A DNA stretch of 64,000 nt from Gemmatales bacterium (GCA_041640595.1 JBEPZY010000002.1:404651-468650), one strand, 5' to 3'; shown: positions 39,225-50,169, numbered from the stretch's first letter. A program made the numbers and translations. The notes: generated by a model from the sequence alone, not told the origin.

Positions 39225-41852
39225 TTAGTCAGTATTGTTCTTTTGTTGCCGGGCGGTAACTTGCCGCTTGAGGAAATCCACGGCCATTTGCAACTGCCGA
39301 TCGGTGAAAGGTTCCTGCGGTTCCGTCTTGACCGGTTCGCGTGGCGGTATGACTTCCGCTTGCCGCAGGTGCTCAATCAACTGGGCCCGTTCACCAGGTT
39401 CGAGTTTCAAGGTGTAGTCAGGATGAGGTCGCACTCCCCAATCGTCCTCCTCTTTGGACTTGCGGTCGCGGGCCAGATTTTTCCCACTCGGTCGCCAGAA
39501 AGTGGCGGTGGTGAGCTTGACTTCGCTTGGCCCTTCGGTGCGATCGAACTGCAATTCGATAATGTTCTGCACGCTGCCCTTTCCGAAGCTGCGCTCGCCC
39601 ATAATGATGCCGCGATCATGATCCTGAATGCAGGCGGAAACAATTTCGCTGGCGCTGGCACTGCCGCCATTGATCAACACCACCAGCGGAAAATCGAGGT
39701 AACTCTCCTCATGTTTCCCGGTGAACTCCACTGGTTGACCCCGGCGAGGTCGTACAGTGACGATTAGCCCATCATCCACGAACATGTCGGCGATCTTGAC
39801 GGCAGCGTCCAGGTATCCTCCGGGATTGAATCGCAGATCGAGGATCAAACCGTTCAGTCCGCTGGCTTGCAGTTCTTCTATGGCTCGCTTCAGATCGCGG
39901 TACGTGTAACGAGCGAACTGGCTGAGCCGGATGTAGGCAATTTTGTTCTGCGGGTCAATGTAATACTCCCAGCTGTCATCCGGTTTCCGTCGCACGCCGA
40001 ACACCGTTTCGACTTCGATGCGGCTGCGGGTAAGCCGGAATTGCAATTGTTTCTTCGTCCCGTCGGCCAATTCGCGTTCGATGTGCAACTGTACTTCCGT
40101 TCCTTCTTTGCCGAGGATTTTGTTGACCACGTCGCGAATGGACATGCCACGAGTTTCGATATACTCGGGTTTGGGCAACGGCTTGCCTTCCTTGTCCACG
40201 AAATTGGTTACGCCAACGATGAGATCGTCCTTCTGAATACCGGCCCGATACGCGGGGCTACCTCGCAATGGCGTAACTACGCGCACCATATCCGTGGCCA
40301 GGTCTTTCTGAATCTGCACTCCCACGCCAATGAACACTTGCTGTGTCTGGCGTTCAATCTCGGCCACCGTTTCCGGATCGATAAAGGCCGAGTAATTGTC
40401 CAGCGAATGGAGCATGGCCTCACAGGCACGGTAACTTGCCTTAGGGCCCTGGAGATCGTCCCGCTGACCAATCTGCAGCCGCACCTCCACCAGTAACTCA
40501 CGCAATTCTTCCCGCGTCAGGTCTGCGACGTTGTTCAGGCGCTTGTCCAGCGCCGGCGGGATTTTTTCGTCCATGAACCGATAAAGTCCGCGCACCGCAG
40601 CCGGGATCAGATCGGCATAGGTGAGCGGTTTCACGTAGTTCTGACGGGCAATGTCGGCGACACGCAGGACGCGATCGGCGAATTGTTCGGCTTCCTTGCG
40701 GCTGACTTGCAACGCCTGCAAGTACCGCTGCCGATGCTGTAACAGCGTCTGGGCGTCTATCTTGCCTTCGGCGAAAGCGGCGTAATGTTTACGCATTTGC
40801 CGCGGCTGCTCGAAACGCGGTACCTGCAAAAGCAGTCGCTGGCCTTCTTCGAGAACGTCGTTGGGCAAACCTGCCGCTTTCCCTCGCTTCACGAACTCCG
40901 CTATGCGTCGCTGGACAGCTCCGAAAATCCTGGGATTAATCGTGAGCGGAAAATGACCGCGGATTTCCGAGTAGAACGCCAGCGGAGCCACTGCTTTGCC
41001 CGTATCTTTTTTAGCACGCGGCGGAAACTCCTTGCGGACATACTGGAATAGTTCGTTGACCGTAATGATGCCATCCGCTTCACCAGCTTCCTGGTCAGCC
41101 TGGCCGTTCAACGCTTCCAGCATGATTTGCAGCAGCAAACCATGCCCGGACTGTTTGTCTTCCGGAGAGGGCCCCATGCCGTCGTTGGCAGATAATAGCC
41201 ACGCCGGCATGTGTCGCTGATCCGGACGACGGTCCTGCTCTTCGTCGCTGACCCGGTCAAATTCCTGGAAACGCTTTTCCAGGCCCAGGGTGGAGACCTT
41301 CTCCTTCCTCTCGTCGTAGCCGCGGAAATTTACGTCCAGAATGGCCACGATGCGATTGCTTTTGCATTGCTCCAGAAGCTGCTCCAATTGCGCTGCGTTG
41401 ATGGCGTTTTTAGCCCGATCTTTGAGGGTCGAATCGGCAGCGAAATAGCAAGTGCGATCGCCCACGGGTGCTCCCTGACCAAACCAGGCCAGCAGGACAA
41501 CCTCCTCTTCTTTCGCATTATCCAGTGCCCAGTGCAGGGCCTTGAGGATTTCTTCGCGTGTCGCTGGCAAGGCACCTGGTTGGTTTTGCGGTCGGCCCAG
41601 AAGCAGGCGGACTTTGTCGGCCGGCACCTGTCCACCGCGATCACTCGTCAACCACTGGTACAAGGCCACCGCATCCGCTTCGGCAAGCGCCCGCGGTAGA
41701 ATGACCGGGTCGGCGTACTGATTGATGCCCACAATTACCGTGTAGGCAGGGGCCGGCGTTTCTGCTCGCACAATGGCTTGCCCACTCAGCCAAACCGCCA
41801 GCAGGACAAACCAGTAGCGTGCCATCTCGACAAGCCAATTTCGCGGTCGCAT
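39225..41852 (-). CDS. Caspase-like domain fused to S41 carboxyl-terminal protease (PDZ)
   Basis: Signal peptide; VIVGINQY...AEADA...ATREEI, DGIITVNELFQYV; FIGVGVQI PDZ; LDLRFNPGG, SASASEI, SFGKGSVQ. Confidence 0.9.
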   Translation of the reverse strand: MRPRNWLVEMARYWFVLLAVWLSGQAIVRAETPAPAYTVIVGINQYADPVILPRALAEADAVALYQWLTSDRGGQVPADKVRLLLGRPQNQPGALPATREEILKALHWALDNAKEEEVVLLAWFGQGAPVGDRTCYFAADSTLKDRAKNAINAAQLEQLLEQCKSNRIVAILDVNFRGYDERKEKVSTLGLEKRFQEFDRVSDEEQDRRPDQRHMPAWLLSANDGMGPSPEDKQSGHGLLLQIMLEALNGQADQEAGEADGIITVNELFQYVRKEFPPRAKKDTGKAVAPLAFYSEIRGHFPLTINPRIFGAVQRRIAEFVKRGKAAGLPNDVLEEGQRLLLQVPRFEQPRQMRKHYAAFAEGKIDAQTLLQHRQRYLQALQVSRKEAEQFADRVLRVADIARQNYVKPLTYADLIPAAVRGLYRFMDEKIPPALDKRLNNVADLTREELRELLVEVRLQIGQRDDLQGPKASYRACEAMLHSLDNYSAFIDPETVAEIERQTQQVFIGVGVQIQKDLATDMVRVVTPLRGSPAYRAGIQKDDLIVGVTNFVDKEGKPLPKPEYIETRGMSIRDVVNKILGKEGTEVQLHIERELADGTKKQLQFRLTRSRIEVETVFGVRRKPDDSWEYYIDPQNKIAYIRLSQFARYTYRDLKRAIEELQASGLNGLILDLRFNPGGYLDAAVKIADMFVDDGLIVTVRPRRGQPVEFTGKHEESYLDFPLVVLINGGSASASEIVSACIQDHDRGIIMGERSFGKGSVQNIIELQFDRTEGPSEVKLTTATFWRPSGKNLARDRKSKEEDDWGVRPHPDYTLKLEPGERAQLIEHLRQAEVIPPREPVKTEPQEPFTDRQLQMAVDFLKRQVTARQQKNNTD

Positions 41853-42761
41853 AGTGCATTCCCTCGCTATTCGGTGTTGGTCTCTCACCCTCATTTTCCG
41901 ATAGATCCACAGGCGATCTCGGCTTCGGTCATCCCGGCAAAGAGCCGTGCGTCGGCCAATTCCCGACTGGACAGTGTCAGGATGACCATTCCATCCAATC
42001 CAGATGCGCCCCATCATCGGCCGAACAGGCCCCAGACGAAGCGGGTTCAAATCCGGTTTTCTCCTCTAAGTTTAAGACGAAAAATCGCCTTCCTTAGCAC
42101 GCTCAAAGTCTAATGCAAAGTTAGACTGCTGCCGGCGCGTGTTCGGATAGTGCCTCTCCCACTGCACTGGCGTGCTGAAGTTCCGCCGCTCTTTTCCTTA
42201 GCCAATTTCATCGAGACGGTCTTGGAATAGCGGTATTGCACTGGCACCCCGAAGTGCTGCTGGCTCTCGCCCCGAGCAATCGGTGTTCACCTTTCTCGTT
42301 CTCAGCAATTCACCCACGCAGTTTCGGTTCTCGCTCAAGCCGTTGGTATGCCGCCACGATGCCCGCTTTCTCACTTCAATTGGACACCAATCACTTGACT
42401 GTGTCGGCTCGCGCGCAGCCGCGGGGGTCAGTCTCGAGGCGCTGCTATCATTTTGTGCAACATCGCTCCCTCAGTCAATGCTACCGCTCCCACAGAACGG
42501 CGACTCCACACACTTCCCACCACCCAGTCTGAACTTCTGTCCTTTGGTTCATTGCTGATTCATTGTCCAGCCAAGGGACTAACGGCCCTCAAACCGCAGT
42601 AGCTCCTTGTTCCTCTTTGCACAGGGCCAAGCCATATCCAGTTGTTGACGGACGATATTAAGGCACTTCCCTATCGTTGGATTTTGGATAAAAGAAATAG
42701 AGCGCACCGCCTTAGCTCAATGGTATGATCCCGGCAACACCGAGCCGACAGGGAGTTTGCG

Positions 42762-43891
42762 ATGGACCTGCTAGCGTGGCTGGTTTTGGGTGTGTTAGCA
42801 GGACTTTTGGGAAGTTTCTTCGTGTCACGCAAAAATAGTGGCGCAGTAATCCTTCTTTTAACGCTTGCTATTGCTGGTACACTTGTAGGAGGTTTGAGCT
42901 ACACCGTTGGTTTCATCGGCGGTGCTTCTTTGGCCTCTCTCGGTAGGATTTCCGCCAAGAGGTCGGGGCAGCCGAAATCGTCCCGGGGCCTTGGTCGCCC
43001 ATACAGACGGGCTAGACCTAGGCGCAACCACACCCAACTTCCCGGCGAGTTGTGGGTAAGCCGAATTGCCGAGCAGTTTTATTGCGAATACAAGGTGCAT
43101 CTGCGACGTTGCCATCCGGAAGTACAAATCTTACACGATCGATTAATGCAGGGAGAAAAGGCTCACGATGCCCTCCTTTGGCAAGGCCAGGCCCATGCTG
43201 GTGACGCCTTCAACGAGAGTACTGGACTAGGCGAAGAAGCGTCCGACGATTCGAATAGCGATAGGATTTCTTGGTCAGTGTCAGGTGCCCAAGTCCGGCC
43301 CGAGCAAACGCTTGTTGCTAACCTTGAAGGGTTCCGTATTGTTGGGAGGCTTGACCTGCTTTATTTGTACGACGAAAAGGCGATCCTTATACTGGATCTA
43401 AAGCATACTGACAGCAAAGAGCCCTCTCTTGATGCTCGAGTTCAGGTTTTACTTTACGGGCTCTTGGTTGAACAACATTTTGTTACAGATGAATTGTGCC
43501 TCGGAATTGTACTAGTCCGACGGAATGTGGGGTTAACTAAGCTGCTTCTCTGTCGAGAGCAGTTCCTAGAAGAAATTTCTGTACGATGCTTGCAAGCGAG
43601 AGAGGATATGATCAGGTTCAAGCGGAAAAGACCGGAGTCGTATCTGACAACTGGCGAGCGTTTTTCTATCGGTACGATCCCGATAAAGCGAGGAAGCATC
43701 TTGACTGGGCGCTCAGGTACTGGCGAGGGGACCGAGCTCCGATCCCAGTTAAGAAGTGCCCTAATAAATGTGTAACGTGTCCGTGGAATGCGGCCAGACT
43801 CTGTCGCCATGCCTTGAAGCCTCCGGACCCAAGATTCCTCGTGAAAAAGGATAACGGACGTATCGTGATTGATCACAGAAATTTTAGCTAA
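42762..43891 (+). pseudogene. Membrane-anchored Exo5/Cas4-like PD-(D/E)xK Fe-S nuclease, split by a -1 frameshift near 43626
   Basis: Frame 1: two TM helices, WVSRIAEQFYCEYK, GEKAH, GRLD...DLK, QVLLY. The -1 frame (43586-43891) supplies YWRGDRAPIP...KCVTCPWNAARLC. Confidence 0.75.
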
Positions 43892-43920
43892 GCCAGGCCC
43901 ACCTAATCGGGATAACAGGA

Positions 43921-44760
43921 ATGCTGAAACACACTTTTTGCCACATTCCAGGAATCGGTGAAAAAAGGGAGCAGTTCCTCTGGTCTCTAGGTATTGCTTC
44001 CTGGGAAGCGGTCTTTACCACCTACTCGTTACACATTCCGCCGCCCGTCCAAGAACTATTAAACAAAAAGGTCGAGGAGTCTTTTTACCACTACCGACAC
44101 CGGAATGTCGGCTATTTCATCGAGCAGCTTGAAAGCAAGCACCACTGGCGTCTTTATCGGGACTTCAGGGACAGTTGCGCATTTCTGGACATTGAAACTA
44201 CCGGCCTGTTCCCACCCAATAAGATAACCACGATTGCGTTGTACGACGGTCGAGATATCCGCGTTTACATTCGCGGAATAAACCTTGATCGTTTCATCCG
44301 TGATCTACAGGACTATAGCCTCGTGATTACTTACAACGGTAAGTCTTTTGATGTCCCACTAATAGAAGCCCATTTTGGGATTAAGCTAGCCCCTGCCCAT
44401 GTTGATTTGAGATATTTCCTTCAAAGCCTGGGCTATGGAGGCGGGTTGAAGCAATGCCTTCACCGGATTGGCCTTCGATGGCCTTTGCTCGAAGACGTAA
44501 GTGGACCAATCGCGGCCTACCTTTGGGAGGAGTATCGTAAAGGCAAGAACCCTAAGGCACTTGAAACTCTCCTGGCCTATAACGTTCATGATGTCATTGC
44601 CCTTAATTACTTGACGGTGCACGTGTACAACGAAAAATTGAAAAGCACACCTTTTCAAGATATTTTATCCTTAGGTGCTCCACTTAACCCGCTAGTGCCC
44701 TACCAACCAGACAGGGCGACCTTGGAGAGAATCCGTAGGCAAGCCTTGACCTTGTCTTAG
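43921..44760 (+). CDS. YprB-like RNase H-fold (DEDD) exonuclease with N-terminal HhH
   Basis: HIPGIGEKRE, FLDIETTG, TYNGKSFD, HVDL, GGLK, YNVHD. Confidence 0.88.
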   Translation: MLKHTFCHIPGIGEKREQFLWSLGIASWEAVFTTYSLHIPPPVQELLNKKVEESFYHYRHRNVGYFIEQLESKHHWRLYRDFRDSCAFLDIETTGLFPPNKITTIALYDGRDIRVYIRGINLDRFIRDLQDYSLVITYNGKSFDVPLIEAHFGIKLAPAHVDLRYFLQSLGYGGGLKQCLHRIGLRWPLLEDVSGPIAAYLWEEYRKGKNPKALETLLAYNVHDVIALNYLTVHVYNEKLKSTPFQDILSLGAPLNPLVPYQPDRATLERIRRQALTLS

Positions 44761-44865
44761 GCGACTGTTTGCTAATTGTGACTGCTGTGCCCGGTTGGAA
44801 TGGTATAGTGAGCGTGGTTAGGGAGGCCTGCGCTGGTGGGCGAAGGAAAATTAGTTGAGTGGTGG

Positions 44866-45588
44866 TTAGTCGGAGCGGTTATGGGCGAGCAAACGGAAAT
44901 AAGCTTCTATCGCCAGCATGCCGAATAGTACCGCAAGAAAGATTCTCTGAGCTTGCACAGCCAGCAACACTATAACGACCGCTGTAAAGATGGAGATCCA
45001 GCCAGTCCATCTTGCTCCCTGCCAGGGCGAAAACCAGGTCAATGCATAATAAACGATGTGTCCTCCATCTAACGGATAGACCGGCAACAGATTTATCAAT
45101 CCCCACCATACGTTGATATAGAGCAAAAAGACTATTAGTAACTGGAACGACTCTTTCTCGGGCCAGGCGAGAAGTCGGGGACCGAAAAGTAAGTCCTGCC
45201 AGGCAAACACAGGTACCGCGTTGTTTGCCAGGAGCAGGCCCCATATAGCGACTGCTAATATAAACCCGGCCAGGGGGCCACAGCAGCTAATAACAATCTC
45301 CCGACCGACCTTATGTTCTGTGACATCCCTCGCACTAATGGTTAGTCCGCCAAAACTATATAAGATGATGGCCGGAAACCGTCCGAATGCCTTGGCGGCC
45401 AGGGCATGCCCGAGTTCGTGAACCAGGACGGAAACAAAAACCGCCACGATCCAGATAAGCGCGTGGAACCCATCCTCCCGAGGCCCCAGGAGCAGAGCCA
45501 CGAGCCAGAAAAGAGGATGTACGCGAACAGGAATACCGAACATCCGCCAGCGCAGGTCAAAAGGCGTCGGTTGCAGCACATCGAGCAT
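44866..45588 (-). CDS. Site-2 (M50) intramembrane metalloprotease
   Basis: HELGH, NLLPVYPLDGG, multiple TM helices. Confidence 0.92.
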   Translation of the reverse strand: MLDVLQPTPFDLRWRMFGIPVRVHPLFWLVALLLGPREDGFHALIWIVAVFVSVLVHELGHALAAKAFGRFPAIILYSFGGLTISARDVTEHKVGREIVISCCGPLAGFILAVAIWGLLLANNAVPVFAWQDLLFGPRLLAWPEKESFQLLIVFLLYINVWWGLINLLPVYPLDGGHIVYYALTWFSPWQGARWTGWISIFTAVVIVLLAVQAQRIFLAVLFGMLAIEAYFRLLAHNRSD

Positions 45589-46042
45589 ACTTATTTCCTT
45601 TCCCCACACTTTGTATGAGGCAATGTCATGATTTTGTCATCCGCCGCAAGAACCGTGTCAAGGCTCCATACCCTCGTGTAACGGCCTCTAGTTGCGACGG
45701 ATATAAATTTAGCTTCGACAATCATCGAAGCAACTTTGATGGTTACTGTTCTCTGCGCTCTAACACATGCGGGCATAGAGCAGCAATCGCATTCACATGC
45801 GTGTGGGTTTCTTTTTACCGATGCTATGCGATAGGCTCTTGCATAATGCCACCTGGTTTCCTGATGCCCGAGCAGCAGGTTGTATTGATCGGCGTGATGT
45901 ATAGGCCATTAGCATTCCAGCTCCTATCGAGCAAACTTAGCGGTCTAATACCGACCTGGAGTTTATGTCCAGCACCAGTCGCTTGATTATCTTATAATCT
46001 GGCTGATAGCTGCATCGTTAAAAAGCCGGGAGCAATTACGGC

Positions 46043-46846
46043 CTATATAGCGGCGAAGCGCTGTTTCAGGAAAGTGAGTTCTTCCTGGGCTAAGCGTAGG
46101 CGTTCATGCAGGTCACGGGTTTCGTACTCAGCGTGTAAGCTAACCACGCCGTTATATCGGCACTGTCGCAAGGCAGTCGCTACTTCGCTCCAGCGAACGA
46201 TGCCATGTCCAGCTGGGACTACTTCCGCTTGCCAGCCTCGCTTTTCGTCCCTTTTCCAGAGCATGTCCTTGATGGCCAGCAAGGAAAACCAGGGTCGGGC
46301 CAGATTCGCTTCATAAGGAAAAGGCCCGCCGTTGATCGCTAAGTGGCCGGTGTCTAAATAGGCACCAATATGGTGCGGATCTAAGTCGGCCAGTAACCAG
46401 CGTAAGGAAGCGGCGTTATTGCCGAGATAGTTGCCGGAATGGGTATGGTAACACGCACGTACTCCAGTGGACTCGGCCAGTTTCGCAAACCCTTGCAGCG
46501 ATTGACGCGCTTGCCGTAAGGCGAGCTCCCAATCGCCACGAAATGGAAAATAGCCGATCTTCACCATACTCACCTGGGCTTTGGAACAGCCTTCAAAAAT
46601 CCGTTTGGCGTCAGCACTGTTCGGATCGGTCAGGCTGGTAGGCGCGGTAACCAGAGGCACGGAAAGACTTGCTTCCCGGAACTGTCGCACCACTTTGGGC
46701 AACTCCGTATCCGCGTTTTCCGGCGTCACTGGATAACCGGGACGCACCGTAAGATCAGCCCCGTGCAAGCCTGCCTGCTGCAAAAAGCGAATCATTCCGG
46801 CAATGTCGAGACCCTGAAGGAATTTCGTAAAGTACACGTAGGTCAT
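46043..46846 (-). CDS. Sugar phosphate isomerase/epimerase (xylose-isomerase-like TIM barrel)
   Basis: DLTVRPG, YHTHSG, DTGH, IKD, SLHAEY. Confidence 0.85.
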   Translation of the reverse strand: MTYVYFTKFLQGLDIAGMIRFLQQAGLHGADLTVRPGYPVTPENADTELPKVVRQFREASLSVPLVTAPTSLTDPNSADAKRIFEGCSKAQVSMVKIGYFPFRGDWELALRQARQSLQGFAKLAESTGVRACYHTHSGNYLGNNAASLRWLLADLDPHHIGAYLDTGHLAINGGPFPYEANLARPWFSLLAIKDMLWKRDEKRGWQAEVVPAGHGIVRWSEVATALRQCRYNGVVSLHAEYETRDLHERLRLAQEELTFLKQRFAAI

Positions 46847-46929
46847 GGCCTCATCCTTATCGCCGTTCGCAGCGTGGATGGATACTCGTTATGTCCTAGC
46901 GGGCCAAGCCGTCCGGACCTGCGCGAGGC

Positions 46930-47898
46930 TCAGTCCTCCTCTTGCCGCTGATTTTCCTGCATCCGTTTAGCGAGCACCTTGATCGTGTAACCCCCGACTA
47001 AATCGCCCTGCTGGTCGAGATAAACCCAGTCGTTAAGGTCAGCAACGTTGGCCTGGACACGGTCACCTTCTTCCAGGTCTTTTGGTGAAACCGGTTCATT
47101 AGCCAATCGGCCAAAGATACGGTCGTTTTCTATCGCCTCCACTAGCACCCAGATGAATTCGACATCCTCTCCGGTGCCCAGAGGTACTTTTACAGCAAAA
47201 CCGCTGCCTTTTTGAGCTTCGAAGGCGGCTACGAACTGCGGCCAGGTCTGTCGCGCGGTTTCTTGAGCCTGGAGCATTTCCGGATCGTCCGATTCGACGT
47301 GAATGACAGGCACTTCCCAAGTTTCCTCTAGAGCTGCAAGCGGATCATTTGCTCTCAGGGCGGCGATTGTCTTTTCGGTCACGGCATACATCCGCTGGAA
47401 TTCGGGCAGATAAAGCAACAATGTCCCGGCCGGCATCAGTTCAGCAAAGAGTCGGCCCAGCATCTGATAATGGCGCTGTTGACCGCGTTGCGGCCGTTCC
47501 TGTTCTTCGTCCAAGAACAAGTCGCACGACAACCACGCCGTGTGCTGGCTAAACAGCTTCTGCAGCCGTAAGTCGGGCAAGCTCGCGGCCGTTTCTTCCA
47601 CGTTGGGTACATACGGAGCGTCTATGACGTTGACCAAGACTAAACCATCAGACCTATAGATCATAAACCGCCCTGCATCAGCATCGCCCATGACGAAACC
47701 GTCTTTTTCGGCGTTGCGAATTCCTATTTCCAGACCCCATGCTTTCCGAGCTGCTTCTGCCAGCTTTTCTTCCGAAAGCCGCATCGGCCTGGGCAACAGA
47801 CCAACGATAGCTAACAAAGGCGTTTCGTCTTCCTCGTCGCTCTGGTCGGGTTCATTTTCCCATTCTGTTTCGTCGGGAAACCAGGGTGATTTGGACAT
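46930..47898 (-). CDS. DUF2314 (YegJ-like) protein
   Basis: DDPEM..AQETARQT, FAVK, EFIWV, GRLANEP, DW, GGYT. Confidence 0.85.
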   Translation of the reverse strand: MSKSPWFPDETEWENEPDQSDEEDETPLLAIVGLLPRPMRLSEEKLAEAARKAWGLEIGIRNAEKDGFVMGDADAGRFMIYRSDGLVLVNVIDAPYVPNVEETAASLPDLRLQKLFSQHTAWLSCDLFLDEEQERPQRGQQRHYQMLGRLFAELMPAGTLLLYLPEFQRMYAVTEKTIAALRANDPLAALEETWEVPVIHVESDDPEMLQAQETARQTWPQFVAAFEAQKGSGFAVKVPLGTGEDVEFIWVLVEAIENDRIFGRLANEPVSPKDLEEGDRVQANVADLNDWVYLDQQGDLVGGYTIKVLAKRMQENQRQEED

Positions 47899-48313
47899 GG
47901 CCAGGAGCTCCTTAGCGAAGCAGGTTTGCCGATATTGCAACGGTGTTAGCCTTCCAGGCCTAGCTTAGGAATCATTGCATGGCTCGGAAAGAGACCCCGT
48001 AAGGATTGTGGCAAAAGCTGAGCACCGACCATCTTCGAGCGCTAATGTTCCTAACGTGCGAAGTGCCTGACAAGCCAACGTCCCGCATCTGCATCGCTTG
48101 TGCAGTGCGAAACGGAAGACCGTGCCGACTGGTGTTTCAACCGGCACGAACGCCGCGTCATTCCGATGCGGTTGGCGTGCTGGTTACGCTTTGTGTTGCT
48201 TCAGGCGCGTCGTACAATATGCGGAAGAAGGGCGCTCACTGGCAAAGCAAAGGTGAGCCGCTGCTGTGTCGCTCAGGTGAGCAGTATCAACAATTGCATT
48301 CCGCGTCAAATCG

Positions 48314-49156
48314 GTGCCCAGCGTGATTGTCGAAGTACCCGCGGTCCGGCCAATTCGGGTGGCAGATATAGTCCAGCCAGCACCGGAACGCTTGCCACGT
48401 CGCCGCGCCCGTGTGGTAGCGGTGATGCCTGCGTACAATGCGTCGGCTACCCTGGCGGCCACGCTGGCGGATATTCCGCCCGGCTCGGTGGATGACATTC
48501 TTCTGGTGGACGATGCCAGTCAGGATAACACCGTGGCGCTGGCTCGCGAACTCGGCCTGCGGGTTATCGTTCATGAGCGAAACCGGGGTTACGGTGCCAA
48601 TCAAAAGACCTGCTATCGTTACGCCTTGCAAGCAGGGGCCGACATCGTCGTCATGATTCATCCCGATTACCAGTACGACAGCCGCGTCATTCCGCACGCG
48701 GTGGCATTCGTCGAACTGGGCATTTGCGACATCGTGCTGGGCAATCGCATTCGCTCTCGCCGTGAAGCTCTGGCCGGCGGCATGCCCTGGTGGAAGTATC
48801 TCGCCAACCGTTTCCTCACCGCCGTCGAGAATTTCGCTCTGGGCCAGAATCTCGGCGACTTTCACAGCGGTTTCCGCGTTTATCGCCGGGAAGTGCTCGA
48901 AACCATCCCGTTTGAACGCAACTCGGACGATTTCGTCTTCGACACGCAGTTTCTGGTACAGGCGGTGTATTTTGGATTCCGCTTGGGCGAAATACCCATG
49001 CCGGTTCGCTATTTTCCCGAGGCCAGCAGCATCAATTTTCGGCGGAGCGTTCGCTACGGGTTGGGCACGCTGGCGACCGTGGGCGAATACTGGCTCCATC
49101 GGTTCCGCCTGCGCCGGTCGCCGTTGTTTCTGCCGGCCAACAGGGAAAGCCCGTAG
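48314..49156 (+). CDS. Glycosyltransferase family 2
   Basis: [36 protein letters not shown]. Confidence 0.92.
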   Translation: MPSVIVEVPAVRPIRVADIVQPAPERLPRRRARVVAVMPAYNASATLAATLADIPPGSVDDILLVDDASQDNTVALARELGLRVIVHERNRGYGANQKTCYRYALQAGADIVVMIHPDYQYDSRVIPHAVAFVELGICDIVLGNRIRSRREALAGGMPWWKYLANRFLTAVENFALGQNLGDFHSGFRVYRREVLETIPFERNSDDFVFDTQFLVQAVYFGFRLGEIPMPVRYFPEASSINFRRSVRYGLGTLATVGEYWLHRFRLRRSPLFLPANRESP

Positions 49157-49200
49157 GGATTAGCAAACCCGATTCGCCGGTCAGGAGTTCGATCCCAGGG

Positions 49201-49800
49201 CTACGAGCTGGCTGCTGGCGGGGTGGTTTCTGGTTGCAGTAACGCTAGGGGTCGGAACAAGACATGCACAGGAACGCGAAAGCCCGGCAGTACCTCTTCC
49301 CCGTCCAGTTCGTCGGTTTCCGGCAAGATCACTCCACGTCGGCCTGGGCGATACACCTGCACCAGCCGTGCCTCCGGGTCTATCACCCACAACAATCGCA
49401 CACCGACACGAAGATAATCACGGATGCGGCGACTGACCTCGCGTACCAGGTCGGTCGGGGAAAGCACTTCCACGACCAGGTCGGGAGCAATGCGAATGTG
49501 TCCTTCGGCGAGAGCGGGAGTGATACGATCGCGGGCGATGAAGGAGATGTCGGGCTTGCGTACCTTGTTCGGCTCATCGGGAAAACACTGGTAACCCTGA
49601 TCGGCAGCTAACACCAAACCCGCTTGGTGATCGCGAACGAAGTTGTTCAAATGTGCCAGCACTTCGGCAACCACAGCGGAAGAGGTCGCGGCCATACTTT
49701 TCTCCACCAGTCTGCCGTTGACCAATTCGTAACGGTGGTCTCTGGACAGGTAGAGCAGGTCTTCCGGAGTTGGTCGCGGTCTGTCCAATAGCGCAGTCAT
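49201..49800 (-). CDS. Uma2 (DUF820) family endonuclease
   Basis: YELVNGRL, RKPDISF, APDLVVEVLSP, GVRLLWVIDP, LPGF. Confidence 0.92.
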   Translation of the reverse strand: MTALLDRPRPTPEDLLYLSRDHRYELVNGRLVEKSMAATSSAVVAEVLAHLNNFVRDHQAGLVLAADQGYQCFPDEPNKVRKPDISFIARDRITPALAEGHIRIAPDLVVEVLSPTDLVREVSRRIRDYLRVGVRLLWVIDPEARLVQVYRPGRRGVILPETDELDGEEVLPGFRVPVHVLFRPLALLQPETTPPAASS

Positions 49801-49890
49801 GGCGCTACACCTCCGGGAATGTCGCCGACTGGTGCCAGCCACTGGCGATACGGTCTGCGGCTGGCTAACTGGTCGTATGTCCGTTAGCCG

Positions 49891-50169
49891 TCAGTTTTGT
49901 GAAGCCTGTGCCGATGGAGCCTCGAATTTCGGCAGGTATTTCTTGAGAAGCACCTGTACTTTTTCCGTCGGCTGGGCACCGACGCTGAGCCAGTAACGCA
50001 CGCGGTCGGCTTTCAGGACGACTTTTTTATCGTCGTCTTTTGCGAGGGGGTCGTAGGTGCCGAGTTCTTCGATAGCCCGGCCGTCGCGTGGAGCCCGGGC
50101 ATCGGTGACGACAATGCGGAAAAACCAGCGATGTTTGCGTCCCAGTTTTTTCAGGCGAATTCGCACCAT
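49891..50169 (-). CDS. rpsP: 30S ribosomal protein S16
   Basis: MVRIRLKKLGRK...RIVVTDARAPRDGRAIEELGTYDP...WLSVGAQPT. Confidence 0.97.
   Translation of the reverse strand: MVRIRLKKLGRKHRWFFRIVVTDARAPRDGRAIEELGTYDPLAKDDDKKVVLKADRVRYWLSVGAQPTEKVQVLLKKYLPKFEAPSAQASQN

Noticed and set aside
42762..43891. CRISPR adaptation cas4
   Set aside because: No cas1, cas2 or array nearby; TM anchor and YWxGxR motif fit a solo Exo5-like nuclease better.
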